NCBI GenBank assembly: GCA_964291215.2
Contig: OZ219790.1
Coordinates: forward strand, 1,248,001 to 1,312,000
Direction: 5' to 3'
Length of the DNA: 64,000 bases
DNA from: Alphaproteobacteria bacterium
GTDB taxonomy: Bacteria > Pseudomonadota > Alphaproteobacteria > MPNO01 > UBA830
Shown piece by piece: positions 32,663 through 43,860 of the stretch. The notes beneath the pieces were generated by a model. That model was not told the DNA's origin, did not search any database, and worked only from the letters and a program-made list of their open reading frames with translations. Within the stretch, counting starts at the first letter, position 1; each line of letters starts with the position of its first letter. Made by a program: the position numbers and the translations under genes.

Positions 32663-33730
32663 ATGACGCGTGAAACCATTCAACCGTTCATTCGCAACGC
32701 GTGGTATATAGCCGCTTGGTCGGAAGAACTTGATGACGGGCTCCTTGCCCGCACCATCATGAACGAACCGATCGTACTCTACCGGGATGCCGACGGCACG
32801 CCCGGCGGCCTTGAGGACCGTTGCTGTCATCGCGGCGCTCCACTGACCCATGGCACCATAGTCGAGGCCGGACTGGAATGCGGCTACCACGGCCTGACCT
32901 TTGATACCAAGGGCAACTGCGTCCGTATTCCTGGCCAGAAAAACATCCCGCCACAAGCGCGCGTACGCAACTATCCCGTGGTCGAACGGGATCAGATCCT
33001 GTGGATATGGATGGGCGACCCGGCACGTGCGGACGAGACGCTGATCGTTGACTATCCCTATCACAATCAGCCCGGGGAGTGGCCGCACCGGAAGGCGATG
33101 TTCCCAATCAAGGCCAACTACATGCTGATGATCGACAACCTGATGGATCTGACCCATCTCGGATATGTGCACCGCCAGACCATAGGCGGCAATCCGGGCC
33201 AGCATGTTGCCGCGGACATGGACACCCGGCAGACCGATCGCGGAGCCTACTTCATCCGCTGGATGCTGGACCACGATCCGCCGCCGACTTATCGCAAGGG
33301 CGGCAAGTTCGATGGCAAGGTCGACCGCTGGCAGGAATTCGAATATGTCGGACCGAGCATCGTGCTGCAGTGGTCCGGGGCGCTAGATGTCGGCAAGGGT
33401 GCACGGGAGGATCGCAACAAGACAGGTTTCCACCTGCGGCTGCTGCATGGTGCAACACCGGAGACCGAAACCTCGTTCCACTATTTCTGGTCCTCCGCCA
33501 ACGGCTATCGTCAGGACGATCCGCAAGCCACCCAGGAGATGTATGACGAGATCTATCCGACGTTCATCGAGGACAAGGAGATCATGGAAGCCCAGCAGAC
33601 GCGGGTAAATCTCGACCCCGAGCGTGCACTGGTGGGAATCCATGCCGACAGCGCCCTCTCGCTGGCCCGGCTCTCGCTCGCAAAGCTGATTGAGGAAGAC
33701 CGCAACATAATGGCGGTGGCGGCCGAGTAG
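32663..33730 (+). CDS. Rieske oxygenase alpha subunit (VanA-like O-demethylase family)
   Basis: CCHRGAPL...CGYHG Rieske motif; DNLMDLTHLGYVH; ED near C-terminus. Confidence 0.93.
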   Translation: MTRETIQPFIRNAWYIAAWSEELDDGLLARTIMNEPIVLYRDADGTPGGLEDRCCHRGAPLTHGTIVEAGLECGYHGLTFDTKGNCVRIPGQKNIPPQARVRNYPVVERDQILWIWMGDPARADETLIVDYPYHNQPGEWPHRKAMFPIKANYMLMIDNLMDLTHLGYVHRQTIGGNPGQHVAADMDTRQTDRGAYFIRWMLDHDPPPTYRKGGKFDGKVDRWQEFEYVGPSIVLQWSGALDVGKGAREDRNKTGFHLRLLHGATPETETSFHYFWSSANGYRQDDPQATQEMYDEIYPTFIEDKEIMEAQQTRVNLDPERALVGIHADSALSLARLSLAKLIEEDRNIMAVAAE

Positions 33731-33885
33731 CGCCAGCAGCTTCCTTCAGAACAGCGGCTCGAAACGATCGGGGCGCACTTGGCGCTGCGCCCCGGTTTTC
33801 GTTTCAGACCTACCCGGTCCGCGCTATCCTGGCGGCCGGACAACCGTCATCGGCATGCCCGGATCAACCACGGGCTTCCGGCATG

Positions 33886-34560
33886 TCAGCTCGCGTGCTG
33901 CGCCATCCATTCCATCGCGCGCGTGTAGGAACGCTCGGTGGCGCCGGGATTGTAGGCATCGCGATCATCGCAGGTGAAGCCGTGCCCCGCGTCGTCGTAG
34001 ACGTAGAGCGGGCAATCCTGCAGCGCATTCTTGATTGTCTGCAGGTCGTCGAGGGGAATCGCGGCATCCTTATCACCAAAATGGAACTGGGTCGGGCACC
34101 TGGGCGCCATTTCACCGACCTTGGCCGCTATGCCGCCACCGTAAAACGGCATTGCGGCCGCAACACCGTCAACCTTGCAGGCCGCGACGTAGGTCGCATA
34201 ACCGCCGAAGCAGAAGCCGATGACGCTGACCTTTCCGGCCGACGAAACCTCGCGCACCGCAGCGCCGATATCCGCTATGATCCATTCGTCGGTGATCTTC
34301 CCGCGGATCTCGCGTCCCTTCGCAAAGTCGTCCTCATTGTAGGTCAGCTCCACCCCTTTCTCGACGCGGTCGAACAGCGCTGGCGCTATCGAAAAATAGC
34401 CTTGCCCGGCAAAATGGTCAGTGGTCCGGCGAATCTGGCCGTTAATGCCGAAAATCTCCTGAATGATGACCAACCCGCCCTTTGCGGGCCCCGAAGGTTC
34501 GGACTTGTAGGCATCGAGCTGATGGCCGTCGGCTGCGGAAAGCGAAATCGTCTGTCCCAT
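33886..34560 (-). CDS. Dienelactone hydrolase family protein
   Basis: QEIFG, GFCFGG, AGHGF. Confidence 0.93.
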   Translation of the reverse strand: MGQTISLSAADGHQLDAYKSEPSGPAKGGLVIIQEIFGINGQIRRTTDHFAGQGYFSIAPALFDRVEKGVELTYNEDDFAKGREIRGKITDEWIIADIGAAVREVSSAGKVSVIGFCFGGYATYVAACKVDGVAAAMPFYGGGIAAKVGEMAPRCPTQFHFGDKDAAIPLDDLQTIKNALQDCPLYVYDDAGHGFTCDDRDAYNPGATERSYTRAMEWMAQHAS

Positions 34561-34664
34561 AGGTCTTCCTTTCGTTCTGGCTGGGGCTGCCGGGCGCTCG
34601 AGCCGGGCTGACATGACTGGCCAGCCGCTGGTCACGACGGCCCGCCGCAATCTAGCAAAACCGA

Positions 34665-35762
34665 TCATGTATTGAAACGAAAAAGCATGACATCGCCGTC
34701 AGCTACCCTGTATTCGCGGCCTTCCTGGCGCATGCGTCCGGCATCCCGGGCTCCCTGCTCGCCACCGCAGGCGACGAAGTCCTCATAGGACACCGTCTCG
34801 GCACAGATGAAGCCGCGCGCGAAGTCGGTGTGGATGTTGTCTGCCGCCTCGCTTGCAGTCGCGCCAAGCGGCAAAGGCCAAGCCCGGGCTTCCTTCGGGC
34901 CGGCTGTGAAATAGGTGATCAGCCCGAGAAGCCGGTAACCGGCACGGACGAAACGCTCCAGCCCGGCCCGCTCGAGACCGAGGCTGGCGAGGAAATCACC
35001 TCGCTCGTGATCGTCTTCGAGCAGCGCGATCTCTGCCTCGATGGCGGCGGATATGGTCACGCTGGCCGCCCCCTTTGCCACAGCCATCGTCTCGACCCTT
35101 CGTGAAAGGGCGTTTCCCGCAATGTCGCCCTCGCCGACATTGCACACGTAGAGGACAGGTTTGGAGGTCAGCAACTGCATCTGACGATAGAGCGCGCGCT
35201 CATCGTCAGCGAGGGTCATGTCGCGCGCCGGCCGACCCGCCACCAGAAGCTCCATCGCACGGTCAACCAGCAACAGCATCGCGCGGGCCTCGCCATCACC
35301 GCCGCGGACCTTCCGCACGAGTCCATCGCGCCGTCCCTCGAGACTCTGGAGGTCCGCGAGCAGAAACTCGGTCTCCACTACCTCGGCGTCAGCAACGGGA
35401 TCAACACGCCCTGCAACATGGGTAACGCTGTCATCCTCGAAACAGCGCAGCACATGGGCAATGGCATCAACTTCACGGATATGGCCAAGGAACCGGTTGC
35501 CAAGCCCCTCCCCGGTGCTGGCGCCGGCAACAAGGCCGGCGATATCGACGAAATCGAACCGTGACGGAACCGTGGCCGCAGATGCGGCGAGCGAAGCAAT
35601 CCTTGCAAGCCGCGGATCGGGCACTGGCACCACACCCTCATTCGGCTCGATCGTGCTGAAGGGATAGTTGGCCGCACCAGCGGCGGCCGACGCCGTCAAC
35701 GCGTTGAACAGGGTCGACTTGCCAACATTGGGCAGGCCGACAATGCCGCAGCGAAGGCTCAC
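34665..35762 (-). CDS. ychF: Ribosome-binding ATPase YchF
   Basis: GLPNVGKST, DIAGLV, IHTDF. Confidence 0.97.
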   Translation of the reverse strand: MSLRCGIVGLPNVGKSTLFNALTASAAAGAANYPFSTIEPNEGVVPVPDPRLARIASLAASAATVPSRFDFVDIAGLVAGASTGEGLGNRFLGHIREVDAIAHVLRCFEDDSVTHVAGRVDPVADAEVVETEFLLADLQSLEGRRDGLVRKVRGGDGEARAMLLLVDRAMELLVAGRPARDMTLADDERALYRQMQLLTSKPVLYVCNVGEGDIAGNALSRRVETMAVAKGAASVTISAAIEAEIALLEDDHERGDFLASLGLERAGLERFVRAGYRLLGLITYFTAGPKEARAWPLPLGATASEAADNIHTDFARGFICAETVSYEDFVACGGEQGARDAGRMRQEGREYRVADGDVMLFRFNT

Positions 35763-36376
35763 CGGGAAGCCTCCGAGCCGTCGGTCTCGCCGCCTCGCTT
35801 GCGTCCCGGCGGCGGTGCCAGCAGGGCGACGCGGGTCATGAAACCGGGATTGTCGCCCGCGACCAGCATCGGCAGGGCCTCGGCAATCGCCGACAGTACG
35901 GGAGCCAGCTGCTCGGTCTCGGCACGGGAAAAATCGGACAGGACGTGGCCGAGCACGCGCCGCCTGTCTCCGGGATGACCGATTCCGACCCGCACCCGCC
36001 GGAAATCCGGACCGATATGGGAGATAATGCTGCGGATACCGTTATGGCCGGCATGCCCTCCGCCGCTTTGCACGCGGACCTTTCCCAGCACGAGATCCAA
36101 CTCGTCATAGACCACGATCACGTCGCGGGCAGCAAGCTTGTAGAAACTCATGCCGGAACGCACCGCCCTGCCGGAATCGTTCATGAACGTGCGTGGCTTG
36201 ATGACCAGCAGCTTCTCGCCGTCGACGTTGCCGTCGGCGACATAGGCGTGGTGCCGCCCCTTGCGCAGGGACAGCCGGTAGCGGCGGATGATCTCGTCCG
36301 CCACCAAGAAACCGATATTGTGACGCTGACGCGCGTGCTTCGAACCGGGATTGCCGAGCCCGGCGACGAGCAGCAT
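35759..36376 (-). CDS. pth: Peptidyl-tRNA hydrolase
   Basis: GLGNPG, RHNIGF, FMNDSG, GHNG. Confidence 0.97.
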   Translation of the reverse strand: MLLVAGLGNPGSKHARQRHNIGFLVADEIIRRYRLSLRKGRHHAYVADGNVDGEKLLVIKPRTFMNDSGRAVRSGMSFYKLAARDVIVVYDELDLVLGKVRVQSGGGHAGHNGIRSIISHIGPDFRRVRVGIGHPGDRRRVLGHVLSDFSRAETEQLAPVLSAIAEALPMLVAGDNPGFMTRVALLAPPPGRKRGGETDGSEASR

Positions 36377-36411
36377 GGCGGGAAACGCGATCCGGCAGGA
36401 AACCGGCGCCG

Positions 36412-37080
36412 TCAGCCGCCAGCAGCCTCCGACGCGTCCTCCGCATCGGCCTCATCCTCGGCGGCAACCGCGCCCTCGTCGGTCTCTTCCTCTTCCGCCG
36501 TAGGCTCGGCCAGCACTGTCGGCGGCGCGATCGTGGCAACGGTGAAGTCTCGATCGGTGATGACGAACCCGATGCCTTCGGGCAGGGAAATGTCGCTTGC
36601 GCGAACCGAATCGCCGATATCCAGCCCCTCAAGGTCGACGGAGAGATCGTCCGGGATCTTGTCGGCCGTGCAGTACACCTCGACCTCGTGACGGACCACG
36701 TTCAGGATTCCCCCGCGCTTAATGCCGATGCTCTCGCGGTCATTCTCGAAGCCCACGGGCACCGCAACGGCAATCTTCCGGTCGGGGTCAAAACGCAGGA
36801 AGTCAACATGCATTGGCTGGTCCGAAACCGGATGAAACTGCACCTCACGAGGCAGCACGCGATGTTTCGTCCCTTCGATTTCCAAGTCGACCAGGCGAAT
36901 GAAAAAGCGTGGGTCGCTGATCACCTGGGAAAGCACACGACGCTCGATCGCCATTGCGACAGGCGCTTCGCTGTTGCCGTAGATAATTCCCGGAACGAAG
37001 CCGTCCCGGCGCAGACGGCGTGCCACGCCCTTGCTGCCCGGCTCGCGCCGGGTGCTGCTGATCGTCTCGAAATCGACCAT
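36412..37080 (-). CDS. rplY: 50S ribosomal protein L25/Ctc
   Basis: ARRLRR.G.VPGIIYG, QFHPV, HVDF. Confidence 0.96.
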   Translation of the reverse strand: MVDFETISSTRREPGSKGVARRLRRDGFVPGIIYGNSEAPVAMAIERRVLSQVISDPRFFIRLVDLEIEGTKHRVLPREVQFHPVSDQPMHVDFLRFDPDRKIAVAVPVGFENDRESIGIKRGGILNVVRHEVEVYCTADKIPDDLSVDLEGLDIGDSVRASDISLPEGIGFVITDRDFTVATIAPPTVLAEPTAEEEETDEGAVAAEDEADAEDASEAAGG

Positions 37081-37223
37081 GAACCTTCTCCTGGAGAGCC
37101 GACGGGACCGAATCGGTGTCCACTGCGCGCTGACGCGCCCTCGGGATCTCTGAATGGCTGGCTACCTGTCCCGCGCCACCGCTATGGGGCAGAGCGGGCC
37201 ACCTTGTAGCGCCCCGAAGCGGG

Positions 37224-38156
37224 CTAGTCAAACAGGCTCGACACCGACCGGGAGCCGCTGATGCGATCGATTGCCTCGCCAATCAGAGGTGCAATCGACA
37301 ACTGCTTGATGTTTCGCGCCACCCGCACGGCCTCCGTGCCCTGGATCGAATCCGTGATTATCAGCGTCTCGAGCGGCGCCGCGGAAATCCTGCTGACGGC
37401 GCCTCCGGAAAGGACGGCATGGGTGATGTAGGCGTGCACCGCCTTGGCACCTTGCCCGATCAGCGCCTCGGCGGCATTGCAGAGCGTTCCGCCAGAATCG
37501 ACGATATCGTCAATCAGGACGCAGGTGCGATCCTTCACGTCGCCGATGATGTGCATGACTTCCGACATGCCGGCCCGCTCCCGCCGCTTGTCGATGATGG
37601 CAAGCACCGTGTCGAGGCGGGCGGCAAAGGCCCGCGCGCGCCCAACGCCCCCGACATCCGGCGACACGATGACCAGATCGCCGTTGTCGAAATTCTCGCT
37701 GATATCGCGAACGAAAACGGGCGCCGCATAGAGGTTGTCGAGCGGAATGTCGAAGAATCCCTGGATCTGTCCGGCATGCAGATCCATGGTCAGCACCCGG
37801 TCGGCCCCGGCCACGGTGATCAGGTTCGCGACGAGCTTTGCCGATATCGGCGTGCGGGGGCCGGACTTGCGATCCTGGCGTGCATATCCGGAATAGGGCA
37901 TGACCGCGGTGATCCGGCTCGCCGATCCCCGGCGGGCGGCGTCGATGGCGACCAGCAGCTCCATGAGGTTGTCATTGGCCGGATAGGAGGTGGACTGGAT
38001 GATGAAGACATCCTCGCCGCGAATGTTCTCGTGAATCTCGACGAAACACTCCATGTCTGAAAAACGCCGGACACTGGCATCGGTAAGCGGCAGATTCAGG
38101 TAGGCGGCAATCGCCTCGGCAAGAGGTCGATTGCTGTTGCCCGCGATGATCTTCAT
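37224..38156 (-). CDS. prs: Ribose-phosphate pyrophosphokinase
   Basis: [27 protein letters not shown]. Confidence 0.98.
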   Translation of the reverse strand: MKIIAGNSNRPLAEAIAAYLNLPLTDASVRRFSDMECFVEIHENIRGEDVFIIQSTSYPANDNLMELLVAIDAARRGSASRITAVMPYSGYARQDRKSGPRTPISAKLVANLITVAGADRVLTMDLHAGQIQGFFDIPLDNLYAAPVFVRDISENFDNGDLVIVSPDVGGVGRARAFAARLDTVLAIIDKRRERAGMSEVMHIIGDVKDRTCVLIDDIVDSGGTLCNAAEALIGQGAKAVHAYITHAVLSGGAVSRISAAPLETLIITDSIQGTEAVRVARNIKQLSIAPLIGEAIDRISGSRSVSSLFD

Positions 38157-38438
38157 TTTCGGCAGTTGTCCCTTGTTGTCCGGAAACGGAAATCGCAATC
38201 CGCGCCGGTGCAGGAAAGCCATGCCGGAGATGCCCACGCGAGCCGCCAGCGGCGGCCCAAACTACCAGCACGCCGGCAAAGTGCAAACCTGGCCGGCCGG
38301 AACGAAGCCGGACCGAACACGCGCGCGGCAACTTCACCGCCGACCCCAGGATCATCGGTCTACAGGACACAGCTGACGAGAAGGCTGAGAAACAGGGCCA
38401 GCAGGAAGATGATCATGTAAGGCATGGCACAGGATCTG

Positions 38439-39212
38439 CTAGCGCGAAAGCACGATTGCCGAAAGGCCGCGGCCATAGTCCCTCTCGCCGTGATGGCAGG
38501 CGCGACGATAACTGAAGAAGAGTGTCCGGTCGGCATAGGTGTCGTGAGGCAGCGCGGCTACCTCGCCTATCCCGGCGCGTTCGAGCCTGCTGCGGACGTA
38601 GGCGCGAAGATCGAACAGGTGTCGTTCCGGATCCCTGTCGGGGCGGAAATGGCGCGCACTGTCGGCATCGACGCTGACGAAGCGTTCATGAAGTTCCGGT
38701 CCCACCTGATAGCTCTCCCGAGCGATGCAGGGCCCGGTCGCCGCGACCACGGTTTCCCGCCGCGCTCCCGCCGATACCATTGCCTCCACCGTGTTTTCCA
38801 CTATGCCCGCAAGCGCCCCCTTCCAGCCGGCATGGGAAGCACCGATGATTCCGTTCCCGGTGTCCGCAAGGAGGACCGGAACACAGTCGGCAGTCAGGAT
38901 TCCGAGGACGATGCCAGGCTGGTCCGTAACCATGCCATCAGCCTTCGGTACGGCATCCGGCGAAGCGGGCATGTCCGAGATGCGGACTGCCCGGGCACTG
39001 TGCACCTGATAGAGCGTAACCAAATTTCCCCCGGTCCGACCAAGATGCGCCGCCGCGCGCCGGCGGTTCTCAAGCACCTGCGCCGGCTCGTCGCACGAAC
39101 CCATGCCGCAGTTAAGCGACGCGTAAAGACCTTCGCTCACGCCGCCCTCACGTGTGAAGAAACCGTGGCGCACGCCGTCGACCGCGGAAAGCAGGGGTGC
39201 CGTCAGCATCAT
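38439..39212 (-). CDS. pgeF: Peptidoglycan editing factor / YfiH family
   Basis: QVHS, TADCVPV, HAGWKG, FFSYRR. Confidence 0.93.
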   Translation of the reverse strand: MMLTAPLLSAVDGVRHGFFTREGGVSEGLYASLNCGMGSCDEPAQVLENRRRAAAHLGRTGGNLVTLYQVHSARAVRISDMPASPDAVPKADGMVTDQPGIVLGILTADCVPVLLADTGNGIIGASHAGWKGALAGIVENTVEAMVSAGARRETVVAATGPCIARESYQVGPELHERFVSVDADSARHFRPDRDPERHLFDLRAYVRSRLERAGIGEVAALPHDTYADRTLFFSYRRACHHGERDYGRGLSAIVLSR

Positions 39213-40300
39213 TCGGGCACCGGGTCGAAACCCGGAGGCGGAGGCATCCCCGACGCCGTCGCCGCGATGACCTTGAACAGCGTCCCCATCCCGGCGGGAT
39301 CGATCAGCCGCGCCGTCGCAGCACGGATATCATCCTGCTGGCGCTTCCGGGGAGCGGATCGGGCGAGCCTGCCGGCGCGGGCCTCGATGCCGAGGCTCCT
39401 GAGGAACTGCCGCTGCGTAACCGGGCCGTGCACCACATTCCCGTGTCCCCCAAGACCCCTGGCAATGGCGGAAAAATCGACATGCGCGGTGATGTCGCAT
39501 TCACCGAGATCGACCAACGGATCCACGGGTCGGTGATTGCGCACGGCCTGGAGCGTATCGCCGACAGAGGGGTGATCATGGCCATAATCCACGAACAGGG
39601 CCGCACCGCCGTGGCGTGCCAAGTGGTCCGCCACCGGTAACATGGCCTGCTCCAGCGCCGTGTGTGCTTCGAAGACCGTTCCAGCCGGCGAGTCACGGAG
39701 ATGCACCGGAACCAGATCAGCATGTTTCCTTGCCGGCTGGCCGGACAAAAGGGCCAAGCGGCCGGCTTCGAGCCCGACCTGCCTTTCGGCCCAGCCCCGT
39801 GGTGTGCGGACAAGCTGTTTGGGCGGAATACAGTCCAGATACTCGTTCGCGATCAGGACCAGCGGAGCCTCAGGCAGGCCGGCAAGCCCGTCATGCCAGC
39901 GTGGCGAGAGGTGCAGGAGCGTCTTTTCCTGAATCCTGCGCATGGCCGGACTCTTCTCGATCAGATGGATCTCGGCATGCCGAAGGATGTCGCTCATGGG
40001 CTCCAGGGCGCGGCAGGCATCCGCCATCAGCGTGCCGCGTCCCGGACCGGCCTCGGCCAGCAGCACACGTTTCGGCCATCCCATCTGTTCCCAGACGACA
40101 GCTGCCCAGGCGCCGATCAGTTCGCCGAAGATCTGCGAGATTTCGGGAGCGGTAATGAAATCGCCCGCCGCGCCGAGCGGGTCGCGGGTAGCGTAGTAGC
40201 CATGTCGGGGATGAAGCTGGGCGGATGCAACCAGTTCTTCGACGGCGATCGGGCCGCTGCGGCCGATCCGCTCCCGCACCAGCTCCTCAAGCGGCGTCAT
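39209..40300 (-). CDS. SAM-dependent methyltransferase, MidA/NDUFAF7 family
   Basis: GDFITAPEISQIFGE, ANEYLD, DITAHVDF, MGTLFK. Confidence 0.93.
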   Translation of the reverse strand: MTPLEELVRERIGRSGPIAVEELVASAQLHPRHGYYATRDPLGAAGDFITAPEISQIFGELIGAWAAVVWEQMGWPKRVLLAEAGPGRGTLMADACRALEPMSDILRHAEIHLIEKSPAMRRIQEKTLLHLSPRWHDGLAGLPEAPLVLIANEYLDCIPPKQLVRTPRGWAERQVGLEAGRLALLSGQPARKHADLVPVHLRDSPAGTVFEAHTALEQAMLPVADHLARHGGAALFVDYGHDHPSVGDTLQAVRNHRPVDPLVDLGECDITAHVDFSAIARGLGGHGNVVHGPVTQRQFLRSLGIEARAGRLARSAPRKRQQDDIRAATARLIDPAGMGTLFKVIAATASGMPPPPGFDPVPE

Positions 40301-41084
40301 GTCGCCGCGACATGCTGAGCAGCCAGAGGCCAGCGAACACGAGCGGAACGCAGAGCCACTGGCCCATCGTCGTACCAGCCACGAGGAAGCCAAGATGTGC
40401 GTCTGGCTGGCGGAAGAACTCGGCGATGATGCGCGCGATGCCGTAGCCGATCAGGAAAATGCCCGACAGCCGTCCACGCACGGAGAGGCTGCTGGTCCTG
40501 GCGGCACACCACAGGAGTACGGCAAACAGCACCAGGCCCTCGAGAAAGGCCTCGTAGATCTGGCTGGGATGTCGTGGCAGCGAGCCGGCATGGGGAAACA
40601 CCATGCCGAGTGGCGAGTCCGTCACCCGGCCATAGAGCTCACCGTTGATGAAATTCGCGAGCCGGCCGAGAAACAGACCAATCGGTGCACCACAAACAGT
40701 GATGTCGCCGAGCGCAATCCAGTCAAATCGGCGCCGGCGCGCAAAGAGCCACAGTGCCGCGACAACACCGACCAGCCCGCCGTGAAACGACATCCCGCCC
40801 TGCCACAACGCAAGCGCGGCGAGCGGATGATCAAGATAGTATCCGGGCTTGTAGAACAGCACGTAACCGAGGCGCCCGCCGATCACGACGCCGATCGTCG
40901 CCCAAATCACGAAGTCGTCGATGGCTGCCGGCGAGGGATCACCCGGACGCCGCCGAGCCAGCCACACCATATAGCGCCATGCAAGCAGGATGCCGAACAC
41001 ATAGGATAAGGCATACCAGCGGATCGCAAAGGGACCGACCTCGACGATGACGGGATCTATGACGGGGTAAGTCAGGGTCAGCAT
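40287..41084 (-). CDS. lgt: Prolipoprotein diacylglyceryl transferase
   Basis: GGMSFHGG, GRLANFINGELYGR, HPSQIYE. Confidence 0.98.
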   Translation of the reverse strand: MLTLTYPVIDPVIVEVGPFAIRWYALSYVFGILLAWRYMVWLARRRPGDPSPAAIDDFVIWATIGVVIGGRLGYVLFYKPGYYLDHPLAALALWQGGMSFHGGLVGVVAALWLFARRRRFDWIALGDITVCGAPIGLFLGRLANFINGELYGRVTDSPLGMVFPHAGSLPRHPSQIYEAFLEGLVLFAVLLWCAARTSSLSVRGRLSGIFLIGYGIARIIAEFFRQPDAHLGFLVAGTTMGQWLCVPLVFAGLWLLSMSRRHDAA

Positions 41085-41137
41085 GTCGCCTTCACGGTTC
41101 GCGACGCGCTTCGGGATTGCGCCCGGAGCGCGTCCTT

Positions 41138-41165
41138 TATAGGTTTCCGCCGTGCCAGCTTCAAG
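41138..41165 (-). promoter_or_regulatory. Candidate RpoH/RpoD-type promoter for the lgt operon
   Basis: CTTGAA-N16-CCTATA on the minus strand about 55 bp upstream of lgt. Confidence 0.45.
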
Positions 41166-41246
41166 GTAGAGGCACACAGCGCTGTTGCCAAAATCTCAGC
41201 ATGCCGCGTCAGCAGGTTCGTCCCGCGCGGAGCAAGGAGAATCGAT

Positions 41247-41546
41247 ATGCAGAGTCGCAACAGGATATTTGACGACGCCGCACGGGTTGCCGGCGGTGCG
41301 CTCGAAACCCTGTCCGGGATGCGGCGCGAGATCGAAGATATGATCCGTCATCGCATCGATGTGATCCTGTCGAACCGGGACCTCGTTACCCGGGACGAAT
41401 TCGACGCCGTGAAGGAGATCGCGGTCAGCGCACGGGCCGAACAGCAACGGCTCGAGGGGCGCGTCGTCGAACTCGAGGAGAAGATTGCCCGGCTGGCGCG
41501 GACATCGGCCCGGACAGCCCGTCGCACCGGCTCCGGGCGCCGGTGA
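41247..41546 (+). CDS. Accessory factor UbiK/BMFP family
   Basis: DLVTRDEFDAV, coiled coil; divergent from lgt. Confidence 0.88.
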   Translation: MQSRNRIFDDAARVAGGALETLSGMRREIEDMIRHRIDVILSNRDLVTRDEFDAVKEIAVSARAEQQRLEGRVVELEEKIARLARTSARTARRTGSGRR

Positions 41547-41558
41547 GGGCCTGACGGC

Positions 41559-41740
41559 CACGACGATCCCATGCTAATTCGGAGACGCGAAATGCGTTGG
41601 GGCTCATCACAGATCGCCTCCTTGATCGCAATTTTCGTGCCAAGAAGGCCTCATCGAGCCTTGGCGGCACGATTGCAGCGCGACGCAAACTGAGAAAATC
41701 TCGCCAGTCGTCACCGGATCAGCAGCGTGGGATCACCGTG
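41559..41740. mobile_element. MITE copy B (182 bp)
   Basis: Same IRs as 7625-7816; 10-bp TSD gcctgacggc. Confidence 0.92.
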
Positions 41741-41959
41741 GCCTGACGGCCGACCCCGACGGCCCTTTCATCTACTGCGAAATCACGCTGTCCCGCCGCA
41801 TTTCGCGTTCAGGCGGAAAACCAGCTATCGGCTCTGCAACAGGCAAATCGTCTGCATCGGAAAAGTGCTCCGATCGGTCACTTGCGGTCCTGACCGGCAT
41901 GAGAGTCCGGCACGGATCCTCATTTTCCGGTTCGGGCGGCATGAGGTTCAGCGGTTGAG

Positions 41960-42505
41960 CGCCCGCATTCCAGTTCTTCCGGAGCGAGCAGAGCGAGATG
42001 TCCTTGTGCGGATGCGCATTCTCTCGTCATGTATCGTATCGTGCGCCCGCCGGCTTCCCCCCGGGATGGCATGGAGCACTGTATCCCGAAGACGAGACGC
42101 CGTTACTCCTGGACTACTCCATCAATCTGCCCGCCTGCGCACCATCGGGCACTTGACATGATGGTCGGCCGTGACCGCGCCGAGGAACTGTTTCCGCTGG
42201 ACGACGAGGAGATCAGGCGCCAGATGTTGCGCGAGGCGAGACGAAATCCTCCGCCCGGCTCGCCCTCCCCGAGGAGGACGAAGGGCTGTTCAAGCGAGTT
42301 TACCGGTGGAAGGAGGCGGTGTGCATGGCTCACCCCGGCCCGTTCAGGACGATCACGGACATTCGCAGCCAGCTCCGGCGAGAGGTCAGGAATCTGTTCC
42401 TCGCCGGAGACTACATGGGAGGTATCCTCCGTCAACGGCGCCCCGGCAAGCGGCATCGGGACCGCCGACGAGGTTGCGGAAATGCTCCGGTCCCGCACTC
42501 AATAG
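41960..42505 (+). pseudogene. C-terminal remnant of a FAD-dependent oxidoreductase (HemY/amine oxidase-like)
   Basis: Frameshifted RVYRWKEAVC...NLFLAGDYM...SVNGA..SG. Confidence 0.6.
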
Positions 42506-42717
42506 CGCTTCGGCGGGGACTCCGGATCCTGTCCATTCCCCCGCGCGAGAGAAGTGCGGGATCGGCACTCTCGCGACATTGCATGCCGCCGCGCGGGCTG
42601 TCGGCGGCATGCCCGGACCCCTTGCCGCGATCGCGCGCGAAGGCCTGATTCGCCGACGCGTCGACATGAATCTCTCAACCCGAAATCTCGCGGCCCTGAA
42701 CGAATTCGGCGCCGTTA

Positions 42718-43860
42718 GGTACCTCGCCAAAATAGATTGTTTTTTGGCGTGGATCTCTCATCGATGATGTCATGGAAGCGATGGTCGATACGCTACGATC
42801 CAAATTTGTGGTGTTGCGTCCGGTTCCGGACGAACGTGCGCGACGCCTGTGGGCGGCGGCCCGTGCCATCGGGCGAGTGGCCGAGGCGACGGGGATAGGT
42901 ACCGTTCACGCCGGAGGAGCTTGATGCGGTCTGCGAGTCTTCGGGCGAGGTTCCTTCAGGACGTTTGCGTCGCCCCGGCGGCGGGCGCAACGGATCCGGG
43001 TTTGGTGGCGGCGCGAGCTTGAACCGATGACGCGCGGCGATCCGGAGAGTCCGCTGCGGTGTCACAGTGCCGCTGGCGGACCGTCTTGCGGTCGAGGGCG
43101 TCAGCGAGCGCACGGTGAACCGGCTGCTCCACGATCCGGGGTACAGCCTCCAGGCCAATCGCAAGACGCTGGAAGGCCGCCAGCCCGGGAGGCGCAGTTC
43201 CGACGCGCCGGGTGCGCGCGTTCCGGAGACTGGGCCAGCCTGTGGTGACACCAAGAAGAAGGAAATCCAGTACCGCAATGGCGGCCGGGCCCCAAGGGCG
43301 ACCCTGAGTCCGTCAACGTGCATGACTTCCCCGATCCGGAGCTCGGATCCCCTACGGGGTCTACGATCTCACCGCCAACGCCGGCCGGGTCAGCGTCGGA
43401 CACGACACGGCGGCATTCGCGGTCGAGGCCGCTGGTGGCGGCAGATGGGCCGGCTGCTCTATGCCAAGCGCCTGCTGATCACCGCCGACGGCTCCAACAA
43501 CAGCCGCAACCGGCTGTGGAAGCTGCAGCACCTCGCCGACGAACTCGGGTTGAAGGTGTCGGTGGCCCACTTCCCACCCGGAAAGTGGAACAAGATCGAG
43601 CACCGGATGTTCTGCCATATCACCCGGAACTGGCGCGGCCGGCCCCTCGTCAGCTACCAGGTGATCGTCAAGCTGATCGCCGCGACCACCACCGGCCTCA
43701 CCATACGCTCGGACCTCGACGAGAACAGCTATCCGCTCGGGGTCAAGGTCAGCGACGATCAGATGGACGGCCTCGCCATCCGCAGAGACTCGTTCCACGG
43801 CGAGTGGAACCATACCCTCACGCCACGGAAATAATGATCAACCTATTCTGGCGAGAATCC
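42718..43860 (+). mobile_element. ISAzo13-family element, degenerate
   Basis: IRs ggtacctcgccaaaatag / ctattctggcgagaatcc; 3-bp TSD tta; YSLQANRKT, DTKKKE, KWNKIEHRMFCHI. Confidence 0.92.

Noticed and set aside
37880-37900. Prs PYSGY instead of the usual PYFGY
   Set aside because: A single substitution or base error; the other motifs are intact.
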